From IMG/VR virus record IMGVR_UViG_3300023296_001674: 64,000 nucleotides of DNA. One strand, written 5' to 3'. The stretch's first letter is position 1; each line of letters opens with the position of its first letter. The translations under genes were made by a program, and so were the position numbers. The DNA comes from a virus. Positions 61,964 to 64,000 of the stretch are shown here, one piece after another. Below the pieces are notes generated by a model. It was given only the letters and a program-made list of their open reading frames with translations. It did no database searches and had not been told where the DNA came from.

Positions 61964-62089
61964 GGCCTCTTCGAGGCTCCGGTCTCGAAGTAAAATGGCA
62001 AGTTGCATTTAGAAATTTAGGATGTCCATAATATGAGTCGCCTAGCAACAACCGGAGTCTGACGATTACTCGGCAACAGAAAATCGTTA
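61964..62089 (+). ncRNA. Candidate novel ncRNA ending in a tmRNA-type pseudoknot
   Basis: GC-rich structured island in an AT-rich gap; 3' GAGT/ACTC and TGACGATT/AATCGTTA helices with a GGCAACAGAA linker, same geometry as 60118-60152. Confidence 0.6.
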
Positions 62090-62096
62090 TTTTTTA

Positions 62097-62125
62097 TTGA
62101 CTTATCAAATATATTGATATATTAT
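62097..62125 (+). promoter_or_regulatory. Sigma70-like promoter
   Basis: TTGACT-N17-TATTAT. Confidence 0.6.
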
Positions 62126-62164
62126 GCAGTTGATTAAGATTTTATAAACAATTAGGAGAATATA

Positions 62165-62698
62165 ATGAATATTAAAACAACTTTGATTGCAGCAGTTGCT
62201 GTTGCGATGATGTCGGCTGCGTCTATGGCGTCCGCTGAAGAAGCCACCACCAAAACTGGTGTATATGTAGGAACTGGTTTCAGTTTGGCTACATCTGATG
62301 AAGATGGTATTGAAAACCAAAAAGGTTTCAACTTTAATGTTGGATATGATTTCGGTTTGCTTCGCGTTGAAGGCGCGTATGATCGGCTAAGTGACGATGA
62401 CTTGCAATCTTCCATGTTTAGTGGAATGGGTTATTTCGATTTCGATAATAGTTCAAAATTTACACCGTTTATTGGTGCAGGTTTGGGTTGGTCTGATCTA
62501 TCAGACGTTAACGCAGGCGCAAATAACAGCGATGTTACATATATTGGTTCCGCAGGTGCCTCGTATGATCTTTCTAACAAATGGGACTTAGTAGGTCAGT
62601 ATCGATATTTGATGTCATCGACTGAAGTTTTATCTGATACCGGAAATACTGATACAGATTCTCAAATATTTACTGTTGGTTTGCGAACCACCTTTTAA
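62165..62698 (+). CDS. Outer-membrane beta-barrel (OmpA/opacity/Lom-like)
   Basis: Signal peptide (ASA), GVYVG, VGYDFG..RVE, FTPFIGAGLG, YRY, C-terminal Phe; AGGAG RBS. Confidence 0.88.
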   Translation: MNIKTTLIAAVAVAMMSAASMASAEEATTKTGVYVGTGFSLATSDEDGIENQKGFNFNVGYDFGLLRVEGAYDRLSDDDLQSSMFSGMGYFDFDNSSKFTPFIGAGLGWSDLSDVNAGANNSDVTYIGSAGASYDLSNKWDLVGQYRYLMSSTEVLSDTGNTDTDSQIFTVGLRTTF

Positions 62699-62721
62699 TT
62701 AACGAGAATATATGTTATAAT

Positions 62722-62748
62722 AAAGGGAGCATTTTGCTCCCTTTTTTT
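62722..62748 (+). terminator. Intrinsic terminator
   Basis: AAAGGGAGCA/TGCTCCCTTT plus T run. Confidence 0.85.
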
Positions 62749-62763
62749 ATGAATAAATACGTT

Positions 62764-63003
62764 ATGGAGTTATATTTGTTTTCCCCACCACAAATGATAG
62801 AAAATTCAATTTTAATGACTCGAGAGGATGTTGATTTTAATAGAATGACGCATTATCATCATCACAGTTCATTTGATATAGAAACCAGTCGTATTATTTT
62901 TGCTTGGGATAAATTTTTTAATGAATATTATCATCCAGTAAAAAATATGGAAGATATTCTTAATATAATTGGATATGATTATATTACGATAGAGGAATTA
63001 TAA
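62764..63003 (+). CDS. Small protein, paralog C
   Basis: L..SP...WD.F...YYH...NM.D shared with the next ORF; ATG at 62764 preferred as start. Confidence 0.65.
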   Translation: MELYLFSPPQMIENSILMTREDVDFNRMTHYHHHSSFDIETSRIIFAWDKFFNEYYHPVKNMEDILNIIGYDYITIEEL

Positions 63004-63005
63004 TT

Positions 63006-63242
63006 ATGGCATTGCAGTTATATTATTCACCATATACGAGAGAAACTTCTAGATTTATAGATGACGATACGTTGTCAATGTATAAAAGAAATTATATAAA
63101 AGATCGTAGCGATGCACCCAATGTTTACGATATGTGGGACGAGTTTATTGGGGATTATTATCATTCAATAGGCAACATGAAGGATATGATAGATATGTTG
63201 GATGTCATGGGCGATGAAGATATTTCAATAAAGGCAAAATAA
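63006..63242 (+). CDS. Small protein, paralog D
   Basis: GAGG RBS; same motif as 62764. Confidence 0.65.
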   Translation: MALQLYYSPYTRETSRFIDDDTLSMYKRNYIKDRSDAPNVYDMWDEFIGDYYHSIGNMKDMIDMLDVMGDEDISIKAK

Positions 63243-63243
63243 T

Positions 63244-63633
63244 ATGAAACTTAATATAGACGATATAACAATGATTAAAGAGCCGGAATTAAAAATAGAT
63301 GATGGTATAGTATTCACCTTGCCAACCAGTAGATTGCATACATATGAGGTGACGCTAGAATGGCAACCCGTTGTGTTCACAATACTAGAAACCGACGAAT
63401 ATTCACACATCGTTGGGTCACAAATGCAACAGCAATTTGATTTTTTCGATAAAGAGTATGATCCTAACGCAAAATCATATAAATTTGATTTTGAATTAGA
63501 AGATTGGATTCTTTATGGCGCTTGGATCATGGAACTTGGTTATGATTCATTAAATTTCTTACAGCCCGAAGAAATAATTATCACTTTAACGTTACGATAC
63601 GAAAAAGCAGAAGAAAAAACAAAAACTACATAG
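63244..63633 (+). CDS. Truncated, diverged tail-tube paralog 1
   Basis: VGSQMQQQ..F, YKF, EDWILYGAW, YDSLNF, ITLTLRYEKA align with tube VGHQMQKQ..F, YKF, EDWTLEGCW, YDSLDY, ITMQVRFDNA. Confidence 0.75.
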   Translation: MKLNIDDITMIKEPELKIDDGIVFTLPTSRLHTYEVTLEWQPVVFTILETDEYSHIVGSQMQQQFDFFDKEYDPNAKSYKFDFELEDWILYGAWIMELGYDSLNFLQPEEIIITLTLRYEKAEEKTKTT

Positions 63634-63641
63634 GCATCAAT

Positions 63642-64000
63642 ATGGATATTAATATAGACGATATAACAATACTTGAAGAACCAATCTATGCAAAAAAAGA
63701 TGATGTGGTGCTTGAATCAGAAAATAGTAAGGCATTTATTTCATTTGATGAGTTTGAATGGAAGCCTATGGTGATTAATGTTAATCATACACAGAACAAT
63801 AATCATAAAATATCATGGCAACTCAATGAACAAGTGGCGTTTTTCGAACAAAATAACGGCAATGATTATAAATTCGATTTAAATACACATGATTGGATTA
63901 TTTATGACGCATATATTACCAATATCGTGTATCCTTCATTTGATATGGAAGTATATGAAGATGATACATATATCACTTTAACGTTACGATACGAAAAAGC
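63642..64000 (+). CDS. Truncated, diverged tail-tube paralog 2 (runs off the window; absent from the ORF track)
   Basis: Manual translation MDINIDDITILEEP...EWKPMVI...QLNEQVAFFEQ...DYKFD...DWIIYDAYI...ITLTLRYEK. Confidence 0.7.
   Translation, partial: MDINIDDITILEEPIYAKKDDVVLESENSKAFISFDEFEWKPMVINVNHTQNNNHKISWQLNEQVAFFEQNNGNDYKFDLNTHDWIIYDAYITNIVYPSFDMEVYEDDTYITLTLRYEK

Noticed and set aside
1-64000. CRISPR or other repeat-spacer arrays
   Set aside because: No regularly spaced non-coding repeats seen; the repeats found are in-frame coding repeats or paralog ends
1-64000. Stop-codon reassignment
   Set aside because: Conserved genes are full length in the standard code, and TAA, TAG and TGA all end genes at expected positions

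Overview
AT-rich, gene-dense segment of a large T4-like (jumbo-type) myophage genome read in the standard genetic code. The host is probably an alphaproteobacterium, as suggested by a Usg gene and an alpha-type circularly permuted tmRNA. In order the window holds: tail sheath and tube, head-completion nuclease, candidate small terminase, two radical SAM enzymes, head proteins, Usg, an ATPase-only terminase paralog coupled to the full TerL, the gp32/UvsX/UvsY/UvsW recombination block, a 204-aa miniature DnaE-like polymerase, a DegT aminotransferase, a glycosyltransferase, an AsnB-like gene, primase and helicase, a long block of likely internal head proteins (including nucleotidyltransferase-like and ART-like members), a PAS-PAS protein, an A-type Fe-S carrier, an exonuclease, a beta-helix tail protein, class II RNR with Nudix, glutaredoxin and PyrF, PAAR, a two-piece tmRNA, three homing endonucleases, an outer-membrane beta-barrel and several tandem paralog pairs. 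Main observations: (1) truncated, diverged copies of the phage's own structural proteins (terminase ATPase, a capsid-like fragment fused to a dNTP pyrophosphohydrolase, and two tail-tube copies with identical DNA ends but divergent cores), possibly immune decoys; (2) an unannotated ~130-nt RNA carrying a covarying copy of the tmRNA 3' pseudoknot; (3) other ORF-free structured elements. All product calls come from motif recognition by eye; no searches were run.
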